Source: an uncultured Saprospiraceae bacterium (GTDB taxonomy: Bacteria; Bacteroidota; Bacteroidia; Chitinophagales; Saprospiraceae). From it: DNA of 64,000 nucleotides. Below are positions 48,521 to 58,265 of this stretch, one piece after another. Made by a program: the position numbers and the translations under genes. A model generated the notes under the pieces. It saw only the letters and a list, made by a program, of their open reading frames with translations. It was not told where the DNA came from and did not search any database. Every line of letters begins with the position of its first letter. The stretch's first letter is position 1. The stretch covers positions 84,280 through 148,279 of the forward strand of contig CALNYY010000056.1 of assembly GCA_942490835.1 (NCBI GenBank), given 5' to 3'.

Positions 48521-48549
48521 CAAAGGTAGAAAAAGCACAGGACTGCAAA
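48521..48549 (-). promoter_or_regulatory. Candidate promoter for glgB (minus strand TTTG-N17-TACCTTTG)
   Basis: The reverse complement of 48521-48549 reads TTTGcagtcctgtgctttttcTACCTTTG, 32 nt upstream of the ATG at 48489. Confidence 0.5.
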
Positions 48550-48641
48550 TGATCTAAATCTTTAGGCCCGAATTAATCTTTTTTAAGTACCAGGTTGTTT
48601 AACCACTTGCAAAAGTGCTTTAAGAAAATCATCCTGTTACT

Positions 48642-48649
48642 TACTTTTG
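48642..48649 (+). promoter_or_regulatory. Candidate -7 element TACTTTTG for trxB
   Basis: Matches TAnnTTTG, 41 nt upstream of the ATG at 48690. The -33 element is weak. Confidence 0.4.
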
Positions 48650-48689
48650 CGCCCTTCACATTTTCAAATAGAAATCTTAGCATTACAAC

Positions 48690-49634
48690 ATGTCTGAAAA
48701 AATCCACAAAACTATTATTATTGGTTCCGGACCTGCCGGATATACTGCTGCCATTTACGCTGCCAGGGCAAATATGGAACCTGTGCTTTTCACAGGCCCT
48801 GAGCCAGGTGGTCAATTGATCACTACAACTGATGTTGAAAATTATCCAGGCTATCCTAAAGGAATAGGTGGCCCTGAAATGATGGAAGAATTCCGTGAAC
48901 AAGCGGAGCGATTTGGCACAACTGTCCATTATGAAATGATCAGTAAAGTTGATTTCAATACCGGAAAAAAATACCACACAATTTATTCTGAAACTGGGGA
49001 TGCCCATCATGCATATACCATCATTATTTCTACCGGGGCAAGCGCAAAATATTTAGGCCTTGATTCTGAGAAAAAGTTGATGAATAAAGGCGTAAGTGCT
49101 TGCGCAGTGTGTGATGGTTTTTTCTATAGAGGCCTTGAAGTCGCAGTTGTTGGAGCGGGCGATACAGCAGCTGAAGAAGCAACCTATCTTGCCAAACTTT
49201 GCCCAAAAGTCCACATGATCGTAAGACGAGATGAAATGAGGGCTTCAAAAATTATGCAGAAAAGGGTTTTCAATACTGCCAACATAGAAGTTCACTGGAA
49301 TACTGAAACGGAGGAAGTATTAGGAGATGATAAAGTTACTGGTGTCCGTTTGGCTAATAACAAAACTGGTGAGAAGAAAGAAATTGCCCTTGAAGGCTTT
49401 TTCGTTGCAATTGGCCATAAACCAAATACAGACATTTTCAAAGATTGGTTGGAAATGGACGAGACCGGTTATTTGATCACAAAGCCAGGCACCTCCTACA
49501 CAAATGTCGAAGGTGTTTTTGCAAGTGGCGATGCTCAAGACAAAGTTTACAGGCAAGCTGTAACTGCTGCGGGAACAGGATGTATGGCTGCTTTAGATGC
49601 TGAACGGTATCTGGTTGAGAAAGAGCTTGTTTAA
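48690..49634 (+). CDS. trxB: Thioredoxin-disulfide reductase
   Basis: IIGSGPAGYTAAIYAARA, the redox-active CAVCDG, and GAGDTAAEEA. Confidence 0.9.
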   Translation: MSEKIHKTIIIGSGPAGYTAAIYAARANMEPVLFTGPEPGGQLITTTDVENYPGYPKGIGGPEMMEEFREQAERFGTTVHYEMISKVDFNTGKKYHTIYSETGDAHHAYTIIISTGASAKYLGLDSEKKLMNKGVSACAVCDGFFYRGLEVAVVGAGDTAAEEATYLAKLCPKVHMIVRRDEMRASKIMQKRVFNTANIEVHWNTETEEVLGDDKVTGVRLANNKTGEKKEIALEGFFVAIGHKPNTDIFKDWLEMDETGYLITKPGTSYTNVEGVFASGDAQDKVYRQAVTAAGTGCMAALDAERYLVEKELV

Positions 49635-49660
49635 AGAAAAATACATTGATATAATAATAT

Positions 49661-49699
49661 AAGCCACCCTTACAGCATGTATTGGGTGGCTTATATTTT
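49661..49699 (+). terminator. Rho-independent terminator after trxB
   Basis: AAGCCACCC (49661-49669) pairs with GGGTGGCTT (49684-49692), then ATATTTT. Confidence 0.65.
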
Positions 49700-49717
49700 A
49701 AAAACAATTTTCAAAAA

Positions 49718-50254
49718 ATGGATTTAGAAAAATTACGCTACCCTATTGGTAAATTCAAAATGCCGACTGAAATGACTTCGGCAATTCGTAGTCAATATAT
49801 GAATGATCTTGCCACTCTTGCAGGAAAGTTGGAAGCTGCCACAAGTTCATTAACGAATGAACAATTGGACACTCAATACCGTCCTAATGGATGGACAATT
49901 AGGCAAGTTGTCCATCATTTTGCGGATAGCCATATCAATGCATTTTGCAGAATTAAAATGGTGCTTACGGAAGAAAGCCCGACTATAAAACCTTATCACG
50001 AAGGATTATGGGCTGACATGAGTGAAGAACAAACACTACCCATATCGGCGTCTATTGACATTATTAGAGGATTGCATATTCGCATGGTCAATGTTCTTTC
50101 AAATTTGAGCGAGGCGGAACTCCAGAAATTCTATACACACCCTGAATACAATAAAACTTTTACTTTAGATACAGTTATTGCTTTGTATGGATGGCACTGC
50201 AATCACCATCTAGCTCATATCACTGAATTGAAGAAAAGAATGGGGTGGTTATAG
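49718..50254 (+). CDS. DinB/YfiT-family metal-dependent (thiol-transferase-like) protein
   Basis: The ATG at 49718 gives MDLEKLRYPIGKF. It has a His triad context (VVHHFADSH ... WHCNHHLAHI) typical of YfiT/DinB_2. Confidence 0.7.
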   Translation: MDLEKLRYPIGKFKMPTEMTSAIRSQYMNDLATLAGKLEAATSSLTNEQLDTQYRPNGWTIRQVVHHFADSHINAFCRIKMVLTEESPTIKPYHEGLWADMSEEQTLPISASIDIIRGLHIRMVNVLSNLSEAELQKFYTHPEYNKTFTLDTVIALYGWHCNHHLAHITELKKRMGWL

Positions 50255-50314
50255 TGAGATTCGCTTTTTGGCTATTTATTTGAACATTAGATTGAAAAAG
50301 AAATACATCAGCAA

Positions 50315-50863
50315 ATGGAAAACCCCTGGAAGACAATCAATCAACAAATAGCTTACGACAATCCGTGGATTCAAGTGACTCACCGGAATGTCCTTAATCC
50401 ATCTGGAAATCCAGGTATATATGGTGTTGTCCATTTTAAAAACAAAGCTATTGCTGTTGTGCCACTTGATGAAGATTATAATACCTGGCTAGTTGGGCAG
50501 TTTCGATACACGCTAAACGAATACAGTTGGGAAGTACCTGAAGGAGGCAGCCCTCTCTCCATGAATCCTTTAGAATCAGCGAAAAAGGAACTTATCGAAG
50601 AAACTGGAATCCGGGCCAACAAATGGATTGACATCGGCAAACTGCATACTTCAAATTCAGTGACCGATGAAGAGTGCTTGATGTATGTTGCAAAAGAATT
50701 GACATTTGGAGAAGCACAGCCAGAAGAAACGGAGGAGCTTGTGGTGAAAAAGCTTCCTTTTTCTAAAGTCGTAGACATGGTTATCAATGGAGAAATAACC
50801 GACGCATTAGCTGTTTCAGCTATCTTGAAAATTAATATCCTTATCGAGAGAGGAATCATATAA
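50315..50863 (+). CDS. NUDIX hydrolase (ADP-ribose pyrophosphatase-like)
   Basis: Nudix box EGGSPLSMNPLESAKKELIEETGI. Confidence 0.85.
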   Translation: MENPWKTINQQIAYDNPWIQVTHRNVLNPSGNPGIYGVVHFKNKAIAVVPLDEDYNTWLVGQFRYTLNEYSWEVPEGGSPLSMNPLESAKKELIEETGIRANKWIDIGKLHTSNSVTDEECLMYVAKELTFGEAQPEETEELVVKKLPFSKVVDMVINGEITDALAVSAILKINILIERGII

Positions 50864-50913
50864 CAAAAAATTGTTTTGTTAAAATCTGATAATCCCACTC
50901 CAAGCAAATCGTT

Positions 50914-51120
50914 TTAATTATATTTGCTCACGTTTACACCTAAAACCTTTCTGTAAACATTTTTGCTTCCCGAGGACTGATCCTTCACTATCTTTATAAT
51001 TCCCACTATATAAACCGTTTGCAACGACATTAATAAATGTCTACTAATGGCAGAGGACATTAATACAATTTTGTCCTTTGCCAATTTTACAAAAAAAGAT
51101 TTTCCAATCTCCGCATTCAA
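50914..51120 (-). CDS. Possible small winged-helix (ArsR-like) ORF or gene remnant; doubtful
   Basis: LAKDKIVLMSSAISRHLLMSLQ...GIIKIVKDQSSGSKNVY loosely resembles an ArsR-type HTH plus wing. Only a TTG start is available, and the first ATG is mid-ORF. Confidence 0.2.
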   Translation of the reverse strand: MNAEIGKSFFVKLAKDKIVLMSSAISRHLLMSLQTVYIVGIIKIVKDQSSGSKNVYRKVLGVNVSKYN

Positions 51121-51216
51121 GCAACTTTCGTGTTACCTTTCCTGTCGTTTATTTCGTCATTCAATTATTCACCCAGGCTCAAGCCCGGAATTTTTTTGAC
51201 TTAAAAATCACTCGAA

Positions 51217-52533
51217 ATGAAAAGAATTTTCCTTTCACTCAGTTTTCTTGCATGTCTATTCTTAGCGGTAAATGTGCAAGCCCAACAAAAAGACCAATCT
51301 TCACAAAGTGTCGTTATCATTAAAACTTCCGACAAGGATGGTAACACAACTATCAAGAAAAAACGCCTGGACAATGGGCAATCCATCAAAGAATACGTTG
51401 AATCACTAGATATTGAAGACTCGCCCGATATCAACGTTATTATCTCACATAATGGAAATGAAGAAGCCGATAAAACAGAAAATCTGTTTTTCTTCAAAAG
51501 CACGGATGGCAAAAAGATCGAGATCAATGGATCTGGCGATTGGCAAGAAGCTTTACATGAAATGAAATTCAATTTTGATATTAATGATTTCCATGACCAC
51601 CACGATGTAGTCTATGAAGTTAAGGATCAAAATAAAGCACTATTGGGTGTATATCCTGAAAATGGAGACAATGGCGTAAAAATAGACGGTATTGTTTCTG
51701 GAAGTGGAGCTGAAAAGGCTGGACTTAAAGAGAATGATGTAATGATTGCCATTAATGGTATAACCATTGTTTCAAAAGATGACCTTCATGTTGAATTGGG
51801 ACAATACGAGCCAGGGGATGTAATTACTGTTGATGTTCAAAGAGATGGCAATGTGATGACAATTTCTTCTCAGCTAACCGCTCGTGGAACAACATTGCAT
51901 CGTAGTTCTTACCGTGACCCATGTAAAGTATTTTATGGTGTTTATGTAGGAAGCTATGGAAATGGCAAAGAAGGTGTTGGAGTTGCTGGTATTGTAGGCG
52001 GCAATGACTGGCCAGCTGAAGTAGCAGGCTTGAGAAAAGGCGATCGCATACTAGCTATAGATGGCATTCCAATTGGAAACCACAGAGAATTGGTTACAGA
52101 AAGAGATAAGCATGAGCCAGGAGAAGCTTTCTCATTTACTTATCTCCGTGATGGTGAAATCTATGAAGTAGATGCCAGATTCAAATCTTGTCCAAAAGAT
52201 GAAGTTGAAGTGCCTGTTGAAGAAGAAATTGAAGTGGATGAAACTCAATTAGAATTTACTGACAATGCATTGGAACTTGAAGAATTCAACGCATATCCAA
52301 ATCCTACTTTTGGAAACTTGAATGTCAAATTCCGCGGCGAAGCAGTTCCTACAACAGTTCGCATTGTAGATATTAATGGAAAAGTTGTCCATGAAGAAAA
52401 TATCAAAAACTTCGATGGCCATTATAACCGTCAACTTGACATAAGTGATGGAGCACTTGGAACAATGATCCTTAGTGTGACTCAAAATGGAAAATCAATG
52501 GCAAAATCAGTTGTACTGATTAACAGAGCTTAA
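51217..52533 (+). CDS. Secreted double-PDZ protein with T9SS type-A C-terminal sorting domain
   Basis: Signal peptide, two PDZ-like modules (GSGAEKAGLKENDVMIAINGI; AEVAGLRKGDRILAIDGIPI), and CTD FNAYPNPTFGNLNVKF...VVLINRA. Confidence 0.8.
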   Translation: MKRIFLSLSFLACLFLAVNVQAQQKDQSSQSVVIIKTSDKDGNTTIKKKRLDNGQSIKEYVESLDIEDSPDINVIISHNGNEEADKTENLFFFKSTDGKKIEINGSGDWQEALHEMKFNFDINDFHDHHDVVYEVKDQNKALLGVYPENGDNGVKIDGIVSGSGAEKAGLKENDVMIAINGITIVSKDDLHVELGQYEPGDVITVDVQRDGNVMTISSQLTARGTTLHRSSYRDPCKVFYGVYVGSYGNGKEGVGVAGIVGGNDWPAEVAGLRKGDRILAIDGIPIGNHRELVTERDKHEPGEAFSFTYLRDGEIYEVDARFKSCPKDEVEVPVEEEIEVDETQLEFTDNALELEEFNAYPNPTFGNLNVKFRGEAVPTTVRIVDINGKVVHEENIKNFDGHYNRQLDISDGALGTMILSVTQNGKSMAKSVVLINRA

Positions 52534-52560
52534 TTGCTCAATATAAATAGCCTGAATGTG

Positions 52561-52598
52561 CGGGACAGTGAAATCAATCACTGTCCCGTTCTTATTTT
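52561..52598 (+). terminator. Rho-independent terminator
   Basis: CGGGACAGTGA (52561-52571) pairs with TCACTGTCCCG (52578-52588), then TTCTTATTTT. Confidence 0.75.
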
Positions 52599-52716
52599 AT
52601 ACCTTTAAGGTTTGGATGAAAATTTGCTCTAAATACCAAAACTAACCCAAATTACAATCAGTAATCTTTTACACCAATGAATGTATTTATCTACCGTTTA
52701 GGCAATCCTTTGTTAC

Positions 52717-54231
52717 TTGTTTTTTTTTGCATCAACATTAGTGTCAAGCCAAGAAATTATTCCAAAACGTGAATTTAGAGGGGCTTGGATTGCGACTGTT
52801 GCAAATATCGATTTCCCCTCTGCTCCCGGATTAAGTGTCCAAAATTTGGAAAAGGAATGGAATTCGACTTTAGATTATCTCGCTGAAACTGGGGTCAATG
52901 CAGTTTTGACTCAAGTAAGGCCAACTGGAGATGCATTTTATAAAAGCAAAATAGCGCCTTGGTCTAAATATCTTACTGGGATACAAGGCAAATCACCCGC
53001 TGGCGAATTTGACCCCTTGCAATACATGATTCAATCGAGTCATGAAAAGGGAATAGAATTTCATGCATGGCTGAACCCATATCGGGCTTCTATGGATACA
53101 TTGGTTGAAAACTTTAGTGAGGATCATCCCTACTCAAAGCACCCAGAATGGTTCAAAAAATATGGAGGGCGAATTTATTTCAACCCCGCCCTTCCTGAAG
53201 TAAGAAACTACATCACTGAAATTGTATTGGAAATAATCATGGAATACGATGTTGACGGTATTCATTTTGATGATTATTTTTACCCCTACCCTGCCGGAGG
53301 TGAAGCATTTCCTGATAGTGAAGATTTTGCAAAATATGGATATGGTTTTTTGAGTATTGATGAATGGAGGCGCAGTAATATTAATGCTTTGATTTCCCAA
53401 GTATCGGAAATGATTAAAACTGTTTCTCCTCATGTGAAATTTGGTGTGAGTCCTTTTGGTGTTTGGCGAAATAAAAATGCAGATCTTTCAGGATCGAATA
53501 CTTTTGCAAGCATTACTACTTATGACAACCTATATGCTGATGTGAGATTGTGGCTTGAAAAAGGTTGGTTGGATTATGTAGCGCCACAACTTTATTGGCA
53601 AATAGGTTTTGAAGTTGCAGATTATGAACAACTCCTTGACTGGTGGCATAAAAATTCATTTGACAGACATGTTTATACTGGCAATGCCATTTACAAAGTA
53701 GGAAATCATCCTGATGAAGCCTGGCGGTCTCCAGATCAAATTCCTTTACAAATTTCACTAAATCGAATTTTCCCAAATGTACATGGATGTATATTATTTA
53801 ATACAAACACGTTGATGAAGAACAAGTTAGGCGTGAGAGACTCTTTGCAAAATCATTATTTCAAGGACCCTGCTCTTTGGCCTGAAATGAAACATATGTC
53901 AGAAGAAGGGCCAAATGCTCCAAAATTATATAGGACATTTTATAGGAAAGGAATATTGAAAATGAAAGCTGATCTTCCAAAAGATGCGCACAATCTTGTG
54001 GTCTACAAGTTTGAAGACAGAAAGCCTGGGGATTATAACAACCCAGCAAACATTCATCAAATTATTCGGGTAAAGGGTTTGGAATCCTATGTGATAGAGG
54101 ACACCAATATTGATATTGGCAAAACTTATACTTATTCAATTTCTGTCACCAACCGTCAGCATAGTGAAAGCTTACTTAGTGAATGGCGGGCTGTTGAAAT
54201 CAAAAAAAATAAAGCAAAAAGAATTAAATAG
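52717..54231 (+). CDS. Glycoside-hydrolase-like family 10 (GHL10/DUF187, YngK-like) protein; N-terminus ambiguous because of a T9 tract
   Basis: REFRGAWIATVANIDFPS is the family's characteristic start. The in-frame start is only a TTG at 52717. An ATG at 52677 would give a proper signal peptide but is out of frame by one base across the T9 run at 52720-52728. Confidence 0.8.
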   Translation: MFFFASTLVSSQEIIPKREFRGAWIATVANIDFPSAPGLSVQNLEKEWNSTLDYLAETGVNAVLTQVRPTGDAFYKSKIAPWSKYLTGIQGKSPAGEFDPLQYMIQSSHEKGIEFHAWLNPYRASMDTLVENFSEDHPYSKHPEWFKKYGGRIYFNPALPEVRNYITEIVLEIIMEYDVDGIHFDDYFYPYPAGGEAFPDSEDFAKYGYGFLSIDEWRRSNINALISQVSEMIKTVSPHVKFGVSPFGVWRNKNADLSGSNTFASITTYDNLYADVRLWLEKGWLDYVAPQLYWQIGFEVADYEQLLDWWHKNSFDRHVYTGNAIYKVGNHPDEAWRSPDQIPLQISLNRIFPNVHGCILFNTNTLMKNKLGVRDSLQNHYFKDPALWPEMKHMSEEGPNAPKLYRTFYRKGILKMKADLPKDAHNLVVYKFEDRKPGDYNNPANIHQIIRVKGLESYVIEDTNIDIGKTYTYSISVTNRQHSESLLSEWRAVEIKKNKAKRIK

Positions 54232-54903
54232 CTAATGCTTCTTTGACTTGATCTCCCAAATTGCTTTTGCCAAAAAACTATGTTCATTTGAGAATTTCAA
54301 GCAATAAAAGTGAAATAATAACATGGATAAAATTACTCCTATTAGGCTTCCAAAATACACATCAATAAAGAAATGTTGAACCAAATAGATTCGTGAAATT
54401 GCCACTGATGTAGCTATTGTTACAAGGGGCATCACGATCCATTTCTTTTTAGGCAAAAGCAATATCAATAGCCCATACAATGCAAATGCCGACATTGAAT
54501 GTCCGGAGGGAAAACTCGTTGCACCAGAATGCACATCAATTCCATCAACTAATAATATTTGATCTAAGAAATCCGATTTTCTGAAAAATGCCAATGGTCG
54601 ATCTACTGCAAAAGCGAGCTTCAATAGGTAACTAGTAATCATTACTATAAATCCAATTAAACCAATAACAAGTCCATGCCCAATTCTATAAAACAAAAGA
54701 ACTCCAGCAATAATAAAATACATTGGTTCTTCTCCTAAAGTTGTTGCCCAGGAAAAGTATAAATCCAGACTCCCATTCCTGTTTTGGTTTAAAAAAAGTA
54801 GAATATCGGGCTTATCATATAAAACCAGTAGCACTCCGCCTAAGGCAAATAACAGAGCCAAGCAGAAAATGTAAAACTTGTTATTTTGGTAAATAGCTTT
54901 CAT
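54232..54903 (-). CDS. PAP2-family membrane phosphatase
   Basis: KLAFAVDRP ... PSGHS ... SRIYLVQHFFID, the three PAP2 motifs, with about 6 TM segments. Confidence 0.85.
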   Translation of the reverse strand: MKAIYQNNKFYIFCLALLFALGGVLLVLYDKPDILLFLNQNRNGSLDLYFSWATTLGEEPMYFIIAGVLLFYRIGHGLVIGLIGFIVMITSYLLKLAFAVDRPLAFFRKSDFLDQILLVDGIDVHSGATSFPSGHSMSAFALYGLLILLLPKKKWIVMPLVTIATSVAISRIYLVQHFFIDVYFGSLIGVILSMLLFHFYCLKFSNEHSFLAKAIWEIKSKKH

Positions 54904-55054
54904 TGGATGTCACTCACAAATATCATAGAAGCGTAGGTTGAATGAAAACAATACCTACCTTTATTTGCCTGAATCCAAATTTTACCTAAGCTTACTTTTA
55001 TATCAGTTCGCCAAATGATAAATTGGCGTCTTTTATGATAGAACCAGCACCTAA

Positions 55055-57073
55055 ATGAAAATTCAACCTTTCGCACTCCTACTATTTTTCTTGTGTTTTT
55101 CCTTAGTCTCCAATTCTCAGGATTCATCTATAGTAGTTGTTTCAGATTACTCTCTTGTTGCTGAGCAAGGGAAAATTTTCTTGAAAAGCAACGATATTTC
55201 AGGACTGGCAAAATTTGAGGTAAATGGAGATGAAACTGATTTGCTTTTTCAAAATGGAATTGCACCATTGGAGCTAAATCCGACTGAAAAAGGGGAGCTA
55301 TTGCTACTGAAAGGAAACAAGGCTGATTATAAACTATTCCATGTTTCTAAAAATACTGCAGGACAAACACGTATCCGGAAAATTCCTTTCTGGCTCTCAG
55401 TCGTTCCTCCATTGGTTGCTATAATATTGGCACTCATATTTAAGGAAGTAATTGTTTCCCTTTTTATTGGTGTTTGGACTGGAGCATTCATTGCCGGAGG
55501 AATGCGAATTGATTCTTTATACTATTTTTTTGATAGCATTTTCAGTGTAGTTGAACGATTTGTTATTTCAGCGTTAGCTGATTCAGGTCATCTTTCTGTA
55601 TTAATATTCTCACTGCTTATTGGTGGAATGGTTGCTGTCATTTCAAGAAATGGAGGAATGGCCGGAGTAGTCCAATCATTATCAAGGTATGCAAAATCGG
55701 CACGAAGTAGCCAATTCATAACTTGGCTTTTAGGTGTTGCAATATTCTTTGACGATTATGCAAACACCTTGATCGTAGGCAACACCATGCGATCTGTGAC
55801 TGATAAATTTAAAATATCAAGAGAGAAACTGGCTTACATAGTTGACAGCACAGCTGCGCCAGTTTCAGCGGTCGCTTTTATAACGACATGGATTGGAGCA
55901 GAACTTGGTTATATAGATGCGGGAATGAGTATGTTAGATGATTTTGGAAAAGAAACTACACCTTATGCCATATTCTTAAGTTCATTGAAATACTCCTTCT
56001 ACCCTATTCTTACTCTTTCTTTTATACTGATGCTGGTTTATACGCAAAAAGATTTTGGCCCAATGCTAAAAGCGGAAAAAAGGGCACGTTCTACAGGGAA
56101 AGTAAGCCCATCCGTTACTTCCGATATGGAACATGATGATGAAAAACTTGACCCTATTCCTGGAGCACCCCTAAAATGGTACAACGCAGCAATTCCTGTA
56201 CTAACGGTCATTTTCGTAACTATCTATGGGTTAATCGATACTGGCATGACTGGGTTGTACGCAACTATTACTGATTCAGGAATTGAAATCTCCAGCCCAA
56301 CTTGGGGACAAACCTGGGCAGCATTGAATACCTATAATAGTGAAAACGCCAGCTTCTTTTTCAACCTTGGATCGTTGATAGGCTCTTCTGATTCATATGT
56401 TGCATTACTCTGGGCTTCATTCGCTGGGGTGTTTGTTGCTATTTTCATGACAATGGCCGGAAAGATTATGCGATTAGAGCAAGCCATAAGCACAATGACA
56501 ACAGGCTTTAAGGCAATGCTACCAGCTCTTATGATTCTTACACTTGCCTGGTCATTGGCTTCTACTACTGAACAGTTAAATACAGCTACCTATCTATCCT
56601 CAACACTCGAGGGCTCTATCAATCCATTCCTGATGCCAGTAATCGTGTTTATTCTGGCGGCATTTATATCCTTTGCCACGGGATCAAGTTGGAGTACAAT
56701 GGCCATATTGTATCCAATTGTAATTCCGACAACTTGGGCAATTTGCTCTTCAGCTGGCTTAGAGCAAGCCATTTCAACTGAAATTTTACTTAATGTAATT
56801 TCAATCACACTCGGTGCATCCGTTTTGGGTGATCATTGTTCTCCAATTTCGGACACAACCATATTGAGTTCGCTCGCTTCTGATTGTAACCATATTGACC
56901 ATGTTCGAACCCAACTTCCTTATGCTCTAAGCGTGGGAGTAGTAAGTATTATTTTATGCTTTGTTTCAACCCTTTTGGGTGGTGGCTGGTTTATTTGCTT
57001 TGTTATGTTGGTATTTGGGCTTCTGATGCTAGGATCACTTGTTTGGTTTTTGGGAAAAAAATCGACTCCCTGA
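55055..57073 (+). CDS. NhaC-family Na+/H+ antiporter-like transporter with an ~100-aa N-terminal extracytoplasmic domain
   Basis: Signal peptide plus a soluble segment, then more than 10 TM helices whose composition is typical of NhaC-family permeases. Confidence 0.65.
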   Translation: MKIQPFALLLFFLCFSLVSNSQDSSIVVVSDYSLVAEQGKIFLKSNDISGLAKFEVNGDETDLLFQNGIAPLELNPTEKGELLLLKGNKADYKLFHVSKNTAGQTRIRKIPFWLSVVPPLVAIILALIFKEVIVSLFIGVWTGAFIAGGMRIDSLYYFFDSIFSVVERFVISALADSGHLSVLIFSLLIGGMVAVISRNGGMAGVVQSLSRYAKSARSSQFITWLLGVAIFFDDYANTLIVGNTMRSVTDKFKISREKLAYIVDSTAAPVSAVAFITTWIGAELGYIDAGMSMLDDFGKETTPYAIFLSSLKYSFYPILTLSFILMLVYTQKDFGPMLKAEKRARSTGKVSPSVTSDMEHDDEKLDPIPGAPLKWYNAAIPVLTVIFVTIYGLIDTGMTGLYATITDSGIEISSPTWGQTWAALNTYNSENASFFFNLGSLIGSSDSYVALLWASFAGVFVAIFMTMAGKIMRLEQAISTMTTGFKAMLPALMILTLAWSLASTTEQLNTATYLSSTLEGSINPFLMPVIVFILAAFISFATGSSWSTMAILYPIVIPTTWAICSSAGLEQAISTEILLNVISITLGASVLGDHCSPISDTTILSSLASDCNHIDHVRTQLPYALSVGVVSIILCFVSTLLGGGWFICFVMLVFGLLMLGSLVWFLGKKSTP

Positions 57074-57141
57074 TCTGTATGAAATCGACCATGATATTTT
57101 AATCAATTCATTGCCTATATCTCCAAATCAAATAGAAATAA

Positions 57142-58263
57142 ATGAGTATCGAAATTCGAGAGGTTACGACAAAGGATGAATTAAAACAGTTTGTAAAATA
57201 CCCATTCGAACTTTACAAAGGTGTTGAGCAATGGATTCCACCAATTATACAATCTGAAATAGATACATTTTCAAAAGACAAAAACACGGTTTTCACGCAT
57301 TCAGAAGCAATTATATATACTGCTTGGAAAAATAATATAATGGTCGGTCGAATTGTTGGTTTGATCAATCAAATGGAAGTCGATTTTTTGCAAGAGAAAC
57401 ACGCCCGTTTTGGATGGATTGATTTTATTGAGGATGATGAGGTTAGCGCTTCTTTAATTAGAGCTGTAGAAAATTGGGCAAGGGAAAAGGGTATGACTTT
57501 GCTTAAGGGGCCCTTTGGATTTAACCAATTGGATAAGAATGGAATGCTAACAGAAGGATTTGACACCGTTGGAACTGTAAATACAATTTACAATTATGAA
57601 TATTATCCAACTCATTTAAGATCTCTTGGCTATACACCTGATTTAGAATGGCTTGAAATATTAATGTTCATGCCTGATAAGCCACATGAGCGTTTTATGA
57701 GGTATTCAGATCTTGCAAAACAGAAATATGGTCTGAATACAAGGCAGCCGAAGTCAAAATCAGAAATGATTTCTTTAGGTAAATTACTTTTTGACTTGTT
57801 GATGGAAACCTATCAAAATTTGCCTGGCTTTGTACCAATATCTGAGGTACAACAGCAAGAGTATATCCTAAAGTATATCAAATTCCTGAGAAGGGACTTA
57901 GTTACAATAGTTTATGACTCCGATGAGAACCCCATTGCCTTTGGAGTCACCATTCCTTCTATGACCAAGGCCTATAAAATAGCAAAAGGGCATTTATTTC
58001 CATTCGGTTTAATAAATATGATGATTGCCCGACAATGGAATAACACGGCTGACCTTGCCCTTATTGGTGTAACGGAAGAATGGAGAAAACGGGGGGCCCA
58101 TGGGCTTGTTTTTGCTGAGACTAGCAAAGCATTAATTAATGCAGGTATGAAACGAATTCAAATAAACCCTATGCTCGAATCGAATTCGCATGTTCTTTCT
58201 CTTTGGAAGGACTTTGACAACAGGATTTATAAAAGAAGAAAAACTTTCAAAAAAGAACTATAA
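57142..58263 (+). CDS. Putative GNAT-fold acyltransferase-like protein (about 370 aa, conserved hypothetical)
   Basis: The N-terminal IEIREVTTKDELKQF.. and LIGVTEEWRKRGAHGLVF segments resemble an acetyl-CoA-binding GNAT motif. Assignment is tentative. Confidence 0.45.
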   Translation: MSIEIREVTTKDELKQFVKYPFELYKGVEQWIPPIIQSEIDTFSKDKNTVFTHSEAIIYTAWKNNIMVGRIVGLINQMEVDFLQEKHARFGWIDFIEDDEVSASLIRAVENWAREKGMTLLKGPFGFNQLDKNGMLTEGFDTVGTVNTIYNYEYYPTHLRSLGYTPDLEWLEILMFMPDKPHERFMRYSDLAKQKYGLNTRQPKSKSEMISLGKLLFDLLMETYQNLPGFVPISEVQQQEYILKYIKFLRRDLVTIVYDSDENPIAFGVTIPSMTKAYKIAKGHLFPFGLINMMIARQWNNTADLALIGVTEEWRKRGAHGLVFAETSKALINAGMKRIQINPMLESNSHVLSLWKDFDNRIYKRRKTFKKEL

Positions 58264-58265
58264 AT

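Noticed and set aside
48573-49010. 145-aa minus-strand ORF overlapping the start of trxB.
   Set aside because: It is antisense to a strongly recognisable trxB with all motifs intact, and it has no motifs of its own.
54900-55127. 75-aa minus-strand ORF spanning the PAP2/NhaC intergenic region.
   Set aside because: It overlaps the NhaC-family signal-peptide region in antisense. It has basic, low-complexity composition and no motif.
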